From assembly GCA_965660445.1 (NCBI GenBank), contig CBFIAK010000001.1, positions 672,001-736,000 on the forward strand: a stretch of 64,000 nucleotides of DNA. Reading direction: 5' to 3'. Positions 9,750 through 19,625 of the stretch are shown here, piece after piece; the stretch's first letter is position 1; each line of letters opens with the position of its first letter. The position numbers and the translations under genes were made by a program. Below the pieces are notes generated by a model, which did no database searches, was not told the origin of the DNA, and saw nothing but the letters and a program-made list of their open reading frames with translations. This DNA comes from Patescibacteria group bacterium (lineage in GTDB: Bacteria; Patescibacteriota; Gracilibacteria; UBA4473).

Positions 9750-10538
9750 CTACCTTTTTTTATGGGCAATATAGAGTCTGAATTGTTCAGTAATATGTAT
9801 CCATTCTTCTATAGTGAGCGTTTCGGCTCGTTTTTCTCCGTCTATATCTTTTAAAAGTATATCACTTGAAACACCAAAAAAAGCCCCTATATAGTTTTGA
9901 ATTTTTTTTCTTTTTCGACTAAATCCGGCATGTAAAACAGTAAAAAAATCAGCTTCCATTTCTGTTGGGATGAGTGGTGTTTTTCGCACAATGAGTTCTA
10001 TAACGGCGGAATCAACTTTGGGGGCGGGGGAAAAGTCTGTTGATTTTACAAATGTTGCAATACGACTTGATGCAAATAGTTCAACCGATATGGAAAGAAT
10101 TGATCGTTTTGAGCTACAAATTTTTTGAGCTACTTCTTTTTGCACCATAAGGATACATTTTTCTGGCTTATTCTGTGTACGTGATAATATTTTTCGAATA
10201 AGGGGTGAGGTGATGTTGTAGGGGATATTAGCAATAACTGAATAGTTTTCCGTGGGGTATAAATCATCAAGTGATATCGAAAGAATATCGTCATAAATAA
10301 GACGAAAATTCGGTTTGTGTTCAAAATCGCGTTTAAGAATCTCTATACTCCTTGCATCAAGTTCTACAGCTGTGAGTATGCATTTTTCAGCTAAGAGTTT
10401 TGTGGTTAAAAAACCAAGCCCTGGACCTATCTCTAAAACTTGTTTTTGGGATATATCACCGGCAGTTTGTAAAATAATATCACGAATAACTGGTGATTGC
10501 AGAAAATTTTGTCCGAGTGATTTTTTGGCAAATCCCAT
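9750..10538 (-). CDS. rsmA: 16S rRNA dimethyladenosine transferase
   Basis: KKSLGQNFL, VLEIGPGLG, ANIPYNIT, FSPAPKVDSAV. Confidence 0.97.
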   Translation of the reverse strand: MGFAKKSLGQNFLQSPVIRDIILQTAGDISQKQVLEIGPGLGFLTTKLLAEKCILTAVELDARSIEILKRDFEHKPNFRLIYDDILSISLDDLYPTENYSVIANIPYNITSPLIRKILSRTQNKPEKCILMVQKEVAQKICSSKRSILSISVELFASSRIATFVKSTDFSPAPKVDSAVIELIVRKTPLIPTEMEADFFTVLHAGFSRKRKKIQNYIGAFFGVSSDILLKDIDGEKRAETLTIEEWIHITEQFRLYIAHKKR

Positions 10539-10725
10539 AAAAATAAAATCAAAATACGAAAAAAGACTACTGAAAAAAAAACTTTTGTATATATAATGTG
10601 TATGTTTTTATAGTTTACAATAAAAACAAATACAATCAATTACTTTTTACATTAAATAGCTTGCAAAAGGGAAAAGAATAGCTTTACAATCGAGACAGCT
10701 TTATTTTCTAACCCTTTTATACAAA

Positions 10726-11007
10726 ATGGCTATCACAAAAAACGATCTCGTGAGCAGTATTTCAGAAGCTACTGGCTCTACAAAAAAAATGGCAGGGGAC
10801 ATGCTTGAAGCATTCCTTGATGCTGTTAAAAAAGAATTGTCAAAAGGAGGACAAGTGACTCTTACTGGATTTGGTTCTTTTAAAGTATCTCACCGAGCTG
10901 CTCGAACAGGCGTTAATCCACAAAATCCTTCACAAAAAATTCAAATTGCTGCTTCTAAAGTTCCAACTTTTAAAGCTGGTAAAAACTTAAAAGACGCTGT
11001 TCGGTAA
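10726..11007 (+). CDS. hup: DNA-binding protein HU
   Basis: LTGFGSFKVSHRAARTGVNPQ..VPTFKAGKNLKDAV; upstream TTGCAA-18-TACAAT. Confidence 0.97.
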   Translation: MAITKNDLVSSISEATGSTKKMAGDMLEAFLDAVKKELSKGGQVTLTGFGSFKVSHRAARTGVNPQNPSQKIQIAASKVPTFKAGKNLKDAVR

Positions 11008-11024
11008 TAACCAAAACAGTGCAT

Positions 11025-11063
11025 AAAAAAACCTCACTCTCTTTTCTTGAGTGAGGTTTTTTT
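11025..11063. terminator. Bidirectional intrinsic terminator
   Basis: AAAAAAACCTCACTC...GAGTGAGGTTTTTTT between convergent genes. Confidence 0.85.
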
Positions 11064-11088
11064 AAAACTATTTTTTTATACTCATGCT

Positions 11089-12204
11089 CTATGCAGCAAG
11101 TTTCGAAAGTTTTTGAACGATCTTTTGAATTTTTTGAGCATTTTTTTTCTTTTCGTTTTTAATGTCTTCTATTTCCTTTTGGAGCACTGTCTTTTTTTCG
11201 GCTACTTCATTTTCAAGTTTTAGAATTTCGTTTTCTTTGTTTTTTATTTTATCATCAGACTCCTTTTGAGTGCTTTCAAATTTTTCAATAATATGAAGAA
11301 CAAGTGTTTCAGGGTCGTCTTCTCTTTCGTTTTTTTGTGTTTCTAACTCAGGAGAAACAAATAATTCAGTTTTCAGAGCATCAGATTCTTGGGTGTTTTC
11401 ATCATTTTCCAGTGACATCTCGTTTGATGTTTCGCTTTCTTCCTCATGCACCGTTTCTTCTTGAATGTCGGTAGGTGTTTCATTTTTAACAACGTCTGAA
11501 TCTTGTTCTTCATGAAGACTGAGTGACATATCTTCAGGTTCTGTATCGGTATCAGCGGTAATGTTTTCAGTTTCTTGTATAACTGGTTGATCATTTTTTT
11601 CAGATTCTTCCTCATTCACAGTTTCTTCTTGAATGTCAGTAGGTGTTTCATTTTCAACAACATCTAAATCTTGTTCTTCATGAAGACTGAGTGACATATC
11701 TTCAGGTTCTGTATCGGTGTCGGCGGTAGTGTTTTCAGTTTCTTGTATAACTGGTTGATCATCTTCTTCTAATTTTGTCTCTTTTTGTATATCTTCAGAA
11801 GTCATATCTAAAAAAGAAAGTGATTCTTCTAAATTCTCATTAGCAAAAGATTGTTCTTTTGTATCAGATGAATCAATATCTTCATTTTCTATATCATCCA
11901 TAGTTATTTCATGATCTGTATTTGACTCCGTTTCTTTATCTCCCGTATCGACCAATTGTTCTTTTTGATGCTCCTTGTTTTCTTGAATATTCTCTTCTTC
12001 ATCGAGAGACAAATTGCTGATTTCTTCTTCTGATTTGTCCTTGAGTTGGTTGTTGACAACATCGTTTACCTCTTGAGATGGAACAGAAAGTGATTCTTTG
12101 CTCAGATCAATATTTGCATTAGATTCATCAGTAGGAGATGTATCATCTATATTTGAAGAGTTTGTTTGTGATTTCGCGCCGAATTTGAAATTAAAATCTA
12201 CCAT
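11089..12204 (-). CDS. Very acidic, largely disordered protein with C-terminal coiled coil
   Basis: D/E/T/S-rich low-complexity body, K/E coiled-coil tail ending KLAA. Confidence 0.75.
   Translation of the reverse strand: MVDFNFKFGAKSQTNSSNIDDTSPTDESNANIDLSKESLSVPSQEVNDVVNNQLKDKSEEEISNLSLDEEENIQENKEHQKEQLVDTGDKETESNTDHEITMDDIENEDIDSSDTKEQSFANENLEESLSFLDMTSEDIQKETKLEEDDQPVIQETENTTADTDTEPEDMSLSLHEEQDLDVVENETPTDIQEETVNEEESEKNDQPVIQETENITADTDTEPEDMSLSLHEEQDSDVVKNETPTDIQEETVHEEESETSNEMSLENDENTQESDALKTELFVSPELETQKNEREDDPETLVLHIIEKFESTQKESDDKIKNKENEILKLENEVAEKKTVLQKEIEDIKNEKKKNAQKIQKIVQKLSKLAA
11430..11762 (-). repeat. In-frame 168-bp (56-aa) tandem duplication
   Basis: DQPVIQETEN(T/I)TADTDTEPEDMSLSLHEEQD.. 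occurs twice; DNA tcttgtataactggttgatc ends at 11592 and 11760. Confidence 0.92.
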
Positions 12205-12319
12205 AATAAAAAGGGGGGAAAGAAGAAAAAATATTTTATTTAAATTTGACTTTTTACATCAAATTCATAACAGTATACAGGAATTTCTGAAATTTTTCAA
12301 GACTTTTTTGCCTTCTTCT

Positions 12320-13357
12320 ATGATTGTGGATACTGTATATTCCCGAGTTTGTAGTCTTTATACTGAAGCTCAGGACGCTTTACAAAACATCAACACTCTT
12401 GAAGATCTTCATGACTTTGAACAAAACCATCTTTCGAAGAAGAAAGGTCTTTTGTTCTGTTTGAAAGAAATAAAAAACCTATCACCAGAAGACAAAAAAA
12501 CATTCGGCCCTAAAATTCATGGTATGGTTTCGGATATACAAGCATCATATCAAGAAAAAAGAAATAAAATTCAGCAGTCTATTCTTACTCAACAATTAGA
12601 ATCTGATTGGATTGATGTCACCAAAAAAACACCATCTTTGGCAAAAGGGAATATTCATCCCTTAGCACAAACACAACGAACAATAGAGCAATTGTTTCAA
12701 TCGCTTGGGTTTGAAATTGCTGATGGACCTGAAATAGAGACCGAATGGTATAACTTTGATGCACTAGATATTCCTGATACTCATCCGGCACGGGATATGC
12801 AAGATACATTTTGGGTTAGCTCAAATGCGAATATAGAGAATCTTGTACTTCGCACACAAACCTCAAATGTTCAAATCCGAACAATGGAAAAAGGAGCACC
12901 AGTGCGCATCATTGCACCAGGAAGGGTGTATCGAAACGAAGAAACAGACACAACTCATGATTCTATATTTTACCAAGTAGAAGGTCTTATTATTGATAAA
13001 AATATATCACTCGCTCATCTGAAAGGGGTTATTGAAAACATGCTTGAAGGTATTTTTCAGAAACAAATGAAAGTTCGGTTTCGTCCGGGATATTTTCCAT
13101 TTGTTGAACCTGGGCTTGAGGTTGACATTTGGTTTGAATACACAGACAAAGATGGAAACCAAAAATCACAATGGCTTGAATTTATGGGAGCTGGCATGGT
13201 GCATCCTCAGGTGCTCAAAAATTGCAATATTGATCCAACTCAATACACTGGGTTCGCATTTGGGTTTGGGTTAACTCGACTGGTTATGATTCAACATGCT
13301 ATAGAAGATATACGGCTCTTATTTTCACAAAAAAAATCTTTTCTTTCTCAATTTTAA
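12320..13357 (+). CDS. pheS: Phenylalanine--tRNA ligase alpha subunit
   Basis: NFDALDIPDTHPARDMQDTF, LRTQTS, PGRVYR, YFPFVEPG, GFAFGFGLTRL; start likely ATG 12320. Confidence 0.97.
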   Translation: MIVDTVYSRVCSLYTEAQDALQNINTLEDLHDFEQNHLSKKKGLLFCLKEIKNLSPEDKKTFGPKIHGMVSDIQASYQEKRNKIQQSILTQQLESDWIDVTKKTPSLAKGNIHPLAQTQRTIEQLFQSLGFEIADGPEIETEWYNFDALDIPDTHPARDMQDTFWVSSNANIENLVLRTQTSNVQIRTMEKGAPVRIIAPGRVYRNEETDTTHDSIFYQVEGLIIDKNISLAHLKGVIENMLEGIFQKQMKVRFRPGYFPFVEPGLEVDIWFEYTDKDGNQKSQWLEFMGAGMVHPQVLKNCNIDPTQYTGFAFGFGLTRLVMIQHAIEDIRLLFSQKKSFLSQF

Positions 13358-13369
13358 TTTTCTATCTTT

Positions 13370-14563
13370 ATGTCAAAAAACGAACAATTTCTCGGAAAAC
13401 ACCAAAAAGCTATCAAAAAGTTTCCTCTTGAGATACAGCAACTTATTCAAAAAGGAAGAGAACAAAAGTTCATTACTGAGCAAGAGCTTATGAAAGCACT
13501 TCCTAATATTGATGAAAACTTAACACTTCTTGATGAACTGTATGAAATATTATTTGATATGGATATTCAGATTCTTGATGTTAAAGAAGAAGCCCTTTGG
13601 AAAGAAAAACACGCGAAAGAAATCGAAAAAGAATTAGAATCTGAACCATCAGATATGCTTATTGAGGTTATAGATAAGACAGATGATGATGACGACGATT
13701 CTGATAGTGACGATGATGATTTAAAAACAATTGATCTTTCTGAAATATCAAACGATTCAGTTCGTATGTATTTGAATGAGATTGGGCGTATTCCTCTTCT
13801 AATCAGAGAAGAAGAAGTAACGCTTGCAAAACGCATTGAAAAAGGGGATTTAGCGGCAAAACAAAAACTTGCTGAATCAAATTTACGATTAGTTGTTTCT
13901 ATTGCAAAACGATATATCGGACGAGGGTTGCCATTTTTGGATCTCATGCAAGAAGGAAATTTTGGACTTCTTCGTGCCGTTGAGAAATTTGATTACAGAA
14001 AAGGGTTTAAATTTTCTACATATGCAACATGGTGGATTCGACAAGCGATAACCAGAGCTATTGCTGACCAAGCACGAACTATTCGAATCCCAGTCCATAT
14101 GGTAGAAACGATTAACAAACTTCGTTATACACAACGAAGACTACAACAAGAAATTGGTCGAGAACCAACACCAGAAGAACTTTCTGTGGAAATGGATCTT
14201 GAAATAAAAAAAGTAAACTATATCCTCAAAATATCACAAGACATTGTGTCGCTCGAGTCTCCCATTGGTACAGAAGAAGATTCAAAATTGCTTGATTTTA
14301 TAAAAGATGAATCAACTATTTCTCCGTTTGATAATGCACATAGAAATCTTATTAAAGAAAATATTGATGAACTTTTAAAATATCTCTCTGCTCGTGAACA
14401 AAAAGTAATTAAAATGCGGTTCGGATTGGACGATGGAATTCCTCATACACTTGAAGAAGTTGGAAAAGAATTTAATGTCACTCGAGAACGAATACGACAA
14501 ATAGAAGGAAAAGTACTCGAAAAACTTCGAGATCATCCAATGGCTGTTAAAATTGAGTCATAA
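13370..14563 (+). CDS. rpoD: RNA polymerase primary sigma factor
   Basis: [63 protein letters not shown]. Confidence 0.97.
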   Translation: MSKNEQFLGKHQKAIKKFPLEIQQLIQKGREQKFITEQELMKALPNIDENLTLLDELYEILFDMDIQILDVKEEALWKEKHAKEIEKELESEPSDMLIEVIDKTDDDDDDSDSDDDDLKTIDLSEISNDSVRMYLNEIGRIPLLIREEEVTLAKRIEKGDLAAKQKLAESNLRLVVSIAKRYIGRGLPFLDLMQEGNFGLLRAVEKFDYRKGFKFSTYATWWIRQAITRAIADQARTIRIPVHMVETINKLRYTQRRLQQEIGREPTPEELSVEMDLEIKKVNYILKISQDIVSLESPIGTEEDSKLLDFIKDESTISPFDNAHRNLIKENIDELLKYLSAREQKVIKMRFGLDDGIPHTLEEVGKEFNVTRERIRQIEGKVLEKLRDHPMAVKIES

Positions 14564-14620
14564 CAAAAACATCCTTCCAAAAGACTTCTTCTTAAAAAAA
14601 ACAGAGCTGTGTTTTGTTTC

Positions 14621-15328
14621 TTATAAAAATTGCAACACTTCTTTTATAAGAGATCTATTAAACCCATATTTCATTCTCATCGGCCCAAGTATTCCAATGT
14701 ATCCTTGAATATTTGATTTTTGGTATCGAGTAACAATCATTGCACAACTCGATATTTCATCGATCATGTTTTCTTCACCAATAAATATTTTTACTTCATT
14801 ATTCGGTAAATCAAGTTGAGAGAGAAGTGTTCGAAATCGCTCCCTTCCATCAAGAATTTCTATTATTTGAGCGACTTGTTCAGGATGAGCGATGAATTCA
14901 GGACTTCGTAATACATGAGAGAGTCCAATATAAAGCGTTTTATCGTTCTCGATAGACGAAAATGCGACATTGCCTGATAATCGAGAAAGAAGTCTGAGCA
15001 TATCAAAAAGGACTTCTTTTGATTTGGTAAACTTATATTCTTGAATATGTTTTTCAAACAAAGAATGAACAAAATCTTGCTGATTATCTTCTTTTAAAAT
15101 CTGATCAACAAAATATCGGTATCCTTTTTGTGTTGGTATTTTTCCAGCAGAAACATGCGGTGATGTGATAAATCCAACTTCTTCCAGTAAGGCAAATTCA
15201 TTTCGAACTGTTGCTGAAGAGATATTGAAATCTTTACATTCTAATAAATGTTTTGATGCCACTGGGCTGGCTGTTTCAATAAAGTTTTCAATAAGGGTTG
15301 CCAATATTTCAAGTGTTCGAGGTTTCAT
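14621..15328 (-). CDS. hrcA: Heat-inducible transcription repressor HrcA (short form)
   Basis: SSATVRNE..LEEVGFITSPHVSAGKIPTQKGYRYFV, IFIGEEN, GILGPMRMKY. Confidence 0.9.
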   Translation of the reverse strand: MKPRTLEILATLIENFIETASPVASKHLLECKDFNISSATVRNEFALLEEVGFITSPHVSAGKIPTQKGYRYFVDQILKEDNQQDFVHSLFEKHIQEYKFTKSKEVLFDMLRLLSRLSGNVAFSSIENDKTLYIGLSHVLRSPEFIAHPEQVAQIIEILDGRERFRTLLSQLDLPNNEVKIFIGEENMIDEISSCAMIVTRYQKSNIQGYIGILGPMRMKYGFNRSLIKEVLQFL

Positions 15329-15380
15329 CACAAATTACTTTAAAAAAAAATACAAAAAAATACAATAGAGAAAAGAAGTA

Positions 15381-17537
15381 ATGCTGTATTATACAATTTG
15401 GATTCGAGGAGTGAAACATTTTTTTACATGGTCATCAAGAGACGAGATATCTATAGGGGCGAGAGTGATAGTTCCGTTTCGAAACCGATTGCGTATTGGG
15501 ATTATTATAGAACAAGTAGAAAAACCAACTGAATATGATGTCCTTCCTATTAAGGAAGTTCTCGATGCTTTTTTTGTGACGCCTCAAACCATTGCGGTCT
15601 CAAAACGTATTGCGTTTGAAAATGCATCAACTCTTCAGAAAATACTGGGACTATGCGTTAGTGAAGTGTTTATGACCAAAAAAGATCCAGCACAGTATGA
15701 TATGGTTTATACATACATACCAGAATGTGATGAGTCTTGCATAATAGGAAAGAAACAAAAAGAAGTATTGCAGTTTTTTCGTGATAAACAGATTCAAACC
15801 GTCTCACAATCTATACTGAGTAATATTGCTTCACCCCAAACATTAAAAACATTAGAACAAAAAGGAATACTGAAGAAAGAAAAAAAGGGGATTACTCGAA
15901 CTCATGCCGTAGGACATATGCCAATTCGAAAAACGTTTCCTCTTACAAAGGAACAAAACCAAGCGTATGAATCTATTATGCAATCTCAAAAGCCAGTACT
16001 TCTGTTTGGAGTAACGGGAAGCGGAAAAACAGAAATTTATAAACATATTGCGAAAGACATTCTTCAAAAAGATTCATCGGCACAAGTATTATTTTTACTT
16101 CCAGAAATAGCACTAACCGCTCAACTTATTGCGGACTTTGAGTCTTTATTTCCTCATGTACTATCCGTATGGCATTCGCAGATGTCTCAACGTGAAAAAA
16201 CACAAGAATATGAACGAATTCGATATGGGCATTCACGTATTTTGATAGGTACACGTTCCGCATTATGGGCTCCGTTTCAAAACTTAAAAGTTCTTTTAAT
16301 AGACGAAGAACACGAATGGACGTTTAAAAACGAATCAAGTCCTCGTTATTGGGCACACGATGTCGCTCATCAGCTTTCACAAGAATGGCAAGCAAAGCTC
16401 GTACTAGGAAGTGCAACACCCCGCATAGAGAGTTTAAAACTCTGTGATGAGGGGGTGTGGAATATGGTATCTCTCGATCATCGAGTTCATAAAACAAAAA
16501 TGCCTCATGTTCATATTGTTGATTTAAAAAATGAAGCCAAGAAAGGAAATTATAGTCCTTTTTCAGAAGACTTAATTGAGGCTTTAAAGCAGACATTGAG
16601 AAACGATAAACAAGCCGTTCTTTTCTTAAACAAAAGAGGATACAGTGGGAGTACACAGTGTAAACACTGTGGACACTGTTTTGAGTGTCCAAATTGTTCA
16701 CACAACATGAAAATGCACGAACAAGGGAATAATCGAAAATTTATTTGTCATATTTGTGGACACCTTGAACCGTTTCGAGACATATGCCCAGAATGCAAAA
16801 CAAAAGATTTTCAACTCAAAGGGTGGGGTACACAAATGGTCGAAAAAAAACTCAAAGAACTTTTTCCTGAAGAAACTATTCTTCGTGCTGATGCAGATAG
16901 TATTAAAAAAAGAGAAGATTTTCATACATTACTCAATGATTTTCATGGAAAAAAAGGGCGAATTCTTTTAGGGACGCAAATGATTGCGAAAGGACTTGAT
17001 TTTGATGATGTTCACTTGGTAGGAGTATTGCTTGCCGATGTAGGGCTAAATCTTCCTGATTTTCGTTCTGAAGAACGTGTTTTTCAACTTCTTATGCAGG
17101 TATCCGGAAGAGCTGGTAGGCGTGAAGCTCAAGGGGAAATATATGTACAAACATTTCAAAGCCAAGATCCTCTTTTTTCTTTTTTAAAAAAATACGATAC
17201 AAAAGGGTTTCTGCAGATACAAAAAGAAAAAAGAAAAACCGTTTTCATGCCACCCTATATTGATTTACTGAAAATCACATACTCTCATGAAAAAAAAAAC
17301 ACAGCCTATAACCAAAGTCGTCATCTTTTAGAGAGTGTACAACAATACGCACAGAAAAAATCTCATGATTGGCACATCGATTACGCACCGGCTTTTTTTC
17401 CAAGAACTCATAATAAGTACCATTTTCATGTCTATATTCGAGGGCAAAAACAAGACCTTTTACAGTGTATTTACGATCTACGTCTTTTGGAAGAAACCAC
17501 TATAAAAATTGATATGAATCCATCAAGCATATTGTGA
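15381..17537 (+). CDS. priA: Primosomal protein N' (replication restart helicase)
   Basis: GVTGSGKTE, DEEHE, four CxxC, GTQMIAKGLDF, QVSGRAGR. Confidence 0.97.
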   Translation: MLYYTIWIRGVKHFFTWSSRDEISIGARVIVPFRNRLRIGIIIEQVEKPTEYDVLPIKEVLDAFFVTPQTIAVSKRIAFENASTLQKILGLCVSEVFMTKKDPAQYDMVYTYIPECDESCIIGKKQKEVLQFFRDKQIQTVSQSILSNIASPQTLKTLEQKGILKKEKKGITRTHAVGHMPIRKTFPLTKEQNQAYESIMQSQKPVLLFGVTGSGKTEIYKHIAKDILQKDSSAQVLFLLPEIALTAQLIADFESLFPHVLSVWHSQMSQREKTQEYERIRYGHSRILIGTRSALWAPFQNLKVLLIDEEHEWTFKNESSPRYWAHDVAHQLSQEWQAKLVLGSATPRIESLKLCDEGVWNMVSLDHRVHKTKMPHVHIVDLKNEAKKGNYSPFSEDLIEALKQTLRNDKQAVLFLNKRGYSGSTQCKHCGHCFECPNCSHNMKMHEQGNNRKFICHICGHLEPFRDICPECKTKDFQLKGWGTQMVEKKLKELFPEETILRADADSIKKREDFHTLLNDFHGKKGRILLGTQMIAKGLDFDDVHLVGVLLADVGLNLPDFRSEERVFQLLMQVSGRAGRREAQGEIYVQTFQSQDPLFSFLKKYDTKGFLQIQKEKRKTVFMPPYIDLLKITYSHEKKNTAYNQSRHLLESVQQYAQKKSHDWHIDYAPAFFPRTHNKYHFHVYIRGQKQDLLQCIYDLRLLEETTIKIDMNPSSIL

Positions 17538-19178
17538 CTATTGAAGGTATTCAGAAAAATCATCAAGTGTTGCTGTTTGAGGTTTATTTGATTGTGGTTT
17601 TTTATTGTCTTGCACAAACTGAACTTGAATATCAACGGAAAAAATTTGATGAATAACACGAGCAATCTCTTGAGCGTATACCGCTTTTTCATTCAGCTTA
17701 TCAATATGAAATTTTTGTATTGAATGGAATGAAACAACTTGATCCGATATTTTTGGTTTCGTAAACAAAAATGATTTTCGAACAAAGATCGGAATATCTG
17801 CTTTTTCAGAAATAAGTTTCATACGTTCTTCAATGGTTTTCGCAGAAAACTCTTTTGAAGTAGACGAACCTTCGGATGGGCTTGATGAAGATAAAACTTC
17901 TTTTTTCTCTTGATTTGGTGAAACAGGGGACTGTGGTGTATGATTTTGGTCATCAAATACAAACCCATGATCGCTCATTGTTGAAGATGCGTCTTTGTGC
18001 TGAGGCGGAGTTGGAACAACCTCTTTTTTCTCTATTTTTGTCGTCGAATCTAAAGGAGGGGTAACTGGTTTTGCGTTTGTTTCTTCTGTACTCGAAACGG
18101 TTTTTGGTTTCGTTGGTGATGAGGTGGAGACGTGAGTTTTTGTAGATGATGAAGCAGCGTGTGATGATGTATTGATATGAATAATCTGCAATACCGCTAT
18201 TTCAAATGGAAGTTCCATAATAGGAGTATTTTTCAGACGCATAAGGGCTTTTTCGAAATACTGAACCCATTGAATAAGCGTGACTAAAGTATCATTTTCA
18301 TCAATATGTTCGTGTATTTTTGATCGTAAGAATAATAAAAAATCGTGCCCAAATGTTCGCATATCATTTCCTGATACATGCAAAGAATGGAGTATCTGAA
18401 AAGCTTGTTTTTGATTCTTATCCCATAAAGCGTTGTAAAGCCCTTCAAGTGTTTGTGTTGAAGATATGCCGAGTGAGGCAAGCACACCTGATTCTGTTAT
18501 TTTTCCGTTACTCTCAGCTGAAATTTGATCGAGAAGCGAAACAGCATCTCTCATTCCACCTTCTGCCTTTCGTGCAATAAGTGATAATCCTTCCATTTCA
18601 AATGAAAATGATTCTTTTTTTGCAATATACGTTAATCGATCAATGAGTTGTTCAAGAGAGAACCGTTGAAAAGAAAAACACTGACATCGAGAAACAATAG
18701 TATCTGGTAGTTTGTGCATTTCCGTCGTCGCCAACAAAAAATAAGCGTGAGCAGGCGGTTCTTCCAGAGTTTTTAAAAGAGCATTAAATGCTGGAGTCGT
18801 GAGCATATGAACCTCATCAATAATATATATTTTTTTATCAGCTATATTCGGGGCGAAATGAATTTTTTCTCGCAAATCTCGAATCTCATCAATCCCACGA
18901 TTCGAAGCACCATCAATCTCGATAATATCAACAAATGAACCTTGCTGAATTTGATCATAGATATTTTTTTTTCTTTCTTCATCAGTAATATTTTGCACAA
19001 TAAGTTCTTTTGCAAATATACGAGCAATTGATGTTTTTCCAGTTCCTCGACTTCCAGAAAAAAGATATGCGTGTGCTGTTTTATGATTCTTCAGACTATT
19101 TTTCAGTGTTTGCACAACAGAATGTTGTCCAACTACATCTTCAAAGGTTTGAGGTCGATATTTCAGAAAGAGAGACAT
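17538..19178 (-). CDS. dnaX: DNA polymerase III subunit gamma/tau
   Basis: LKYRPQTF, GSRGTGKT, IIDEVHML, AFNALLKTLEEPP, SRCQ; stop codon abuts that of priA. Confidence 0.96.
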   Translation of the reverse strand: MSLFLKYRPQTFEDVVGQHSVVQTLKNSLKNHKTAHAYLFSGSRGTGKTSIARIFAKELIVQNITDEERKKNIYDQIQQGSFVDIIEIDGASNRGIDEIRDLREKIHFAPNIADKKIYIIDEVHMLTTPAFNALLKTLEEPPAHAYFLLATTEMHKLPDTIVSRCQCFSFQRFSLEQLIDRLTYIAKKESFSFEMEGLSLIARKAEGGMRDAVSLLDQISAESNGKITESGVLASLGISSTQTLEGLYNALWDKNQKQAFQILHSLHVSGNDMRTFGHDFLLFLRSKIHEHIDENDTLVTLIQWVQYFEKALMRLKNTPIMELPFEIAVLQIIHINTSSHAASSSTKTHVSTSSPTKPKTVSSTEETNAKPVTPPLDSTTKIEKKEVVPTPPQHKDASSTMSDHGFVFDDQNHTPQSPVSPNQEKKEVLSSSSPSEGSSTSKEFSAKTIEERMKLISEKADIPIFVRKSFLFTKPKISDQVVSFHSIQKFHIDKLNEKAVYAQEIARVIHQIFSVDIQVQFVQDNKKPQSNKPQTATLDDFSEYLQ

Positions 19179-19306
19179 GCCATATAAAAAAAATCATGGT
19201 TTATACTATCGTATCAAGAAGAACGTGTAAAGAATGAAAAAAAACTTGACACATGTTATTTTGTATTTTATTTTATATGTGAAATTTAAATAAATAATTC
19301 TTTCCC

Positions 19307-19561
19307 ATGAATAAACCATCATCAGTAAATACACCTTCATCTTCACCATCTTCAAAACCGTCTACTCCAAACACAGCGGTTTCACAAACATCCAACAAAA
19401 TACAGTCAAAAGTATGGCGAATTTTAAGTATCGCTGGTGTAGGAGCTCTTGGTTCTATTGGAGGATCTCTTATCGGACTTGGTGCATTTGGATCGGGTAT
19501 TTCTGGTGGAGTACTTGGATCCGTTTATCAAAACAAAACAAAAGCTCAAAAAAACAAATAA
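19307..19561 (+). CDS. Small Ser/Pro-rich protein with glycine-zipper hydrophobic segment
   Basis: IAGVGALGSIGGSLIGLGAFGSGISGGVLG; TTGACA upstream at 19246. Confidence 0.6.
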   Translation: MNKPSSVNTPSSSPSSKPSTPNTAVSQTSNKIQSKVWRILSIAGVGALGSIGGSLIGLGAFGSGISGGVLGSVYQNKTKAQKNK

Positions 19562-19625
19562 AATTGTGTATTTGATTTATAATAGAGAATAAGGTATAAT
19601 AAGAAGATTTATTATATCTTTTTTT

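Noticed and set aside
11430-11762. Repeat as a CRISPR array or DGR template/variable pair
   Set aside because: Only two adjacent in-frame copies inside a coding sequence, no spacers, and no cas or reverse transcriptase gene in the window
12098-12319. N-terminal extensions in the ORF track (pheS, and likewise trpS, yqgF, tagA, gatB, truB, atpD)
   Set aside because: They run through AT-rich promoter regions or overlap opposite-strand genes; family-typical N-termini begin at later ATGs
14621-15380. CIRCE operator for HrcA
   Set aside because: No TTAGCACTC-N9-GAGTGCTAA seen upstream of hrcA or clpP
17890-18045. Programmed -1 frameshift site in dnaX (gamma/tau)
   Set aside because: A-runs in the linker read GAG AAA AAA GA, not the in-frame A AAA AAG heptamer, and no clear stimulatory hairpin or internal SD is visible; A-runs are common in this AT-rich DNA
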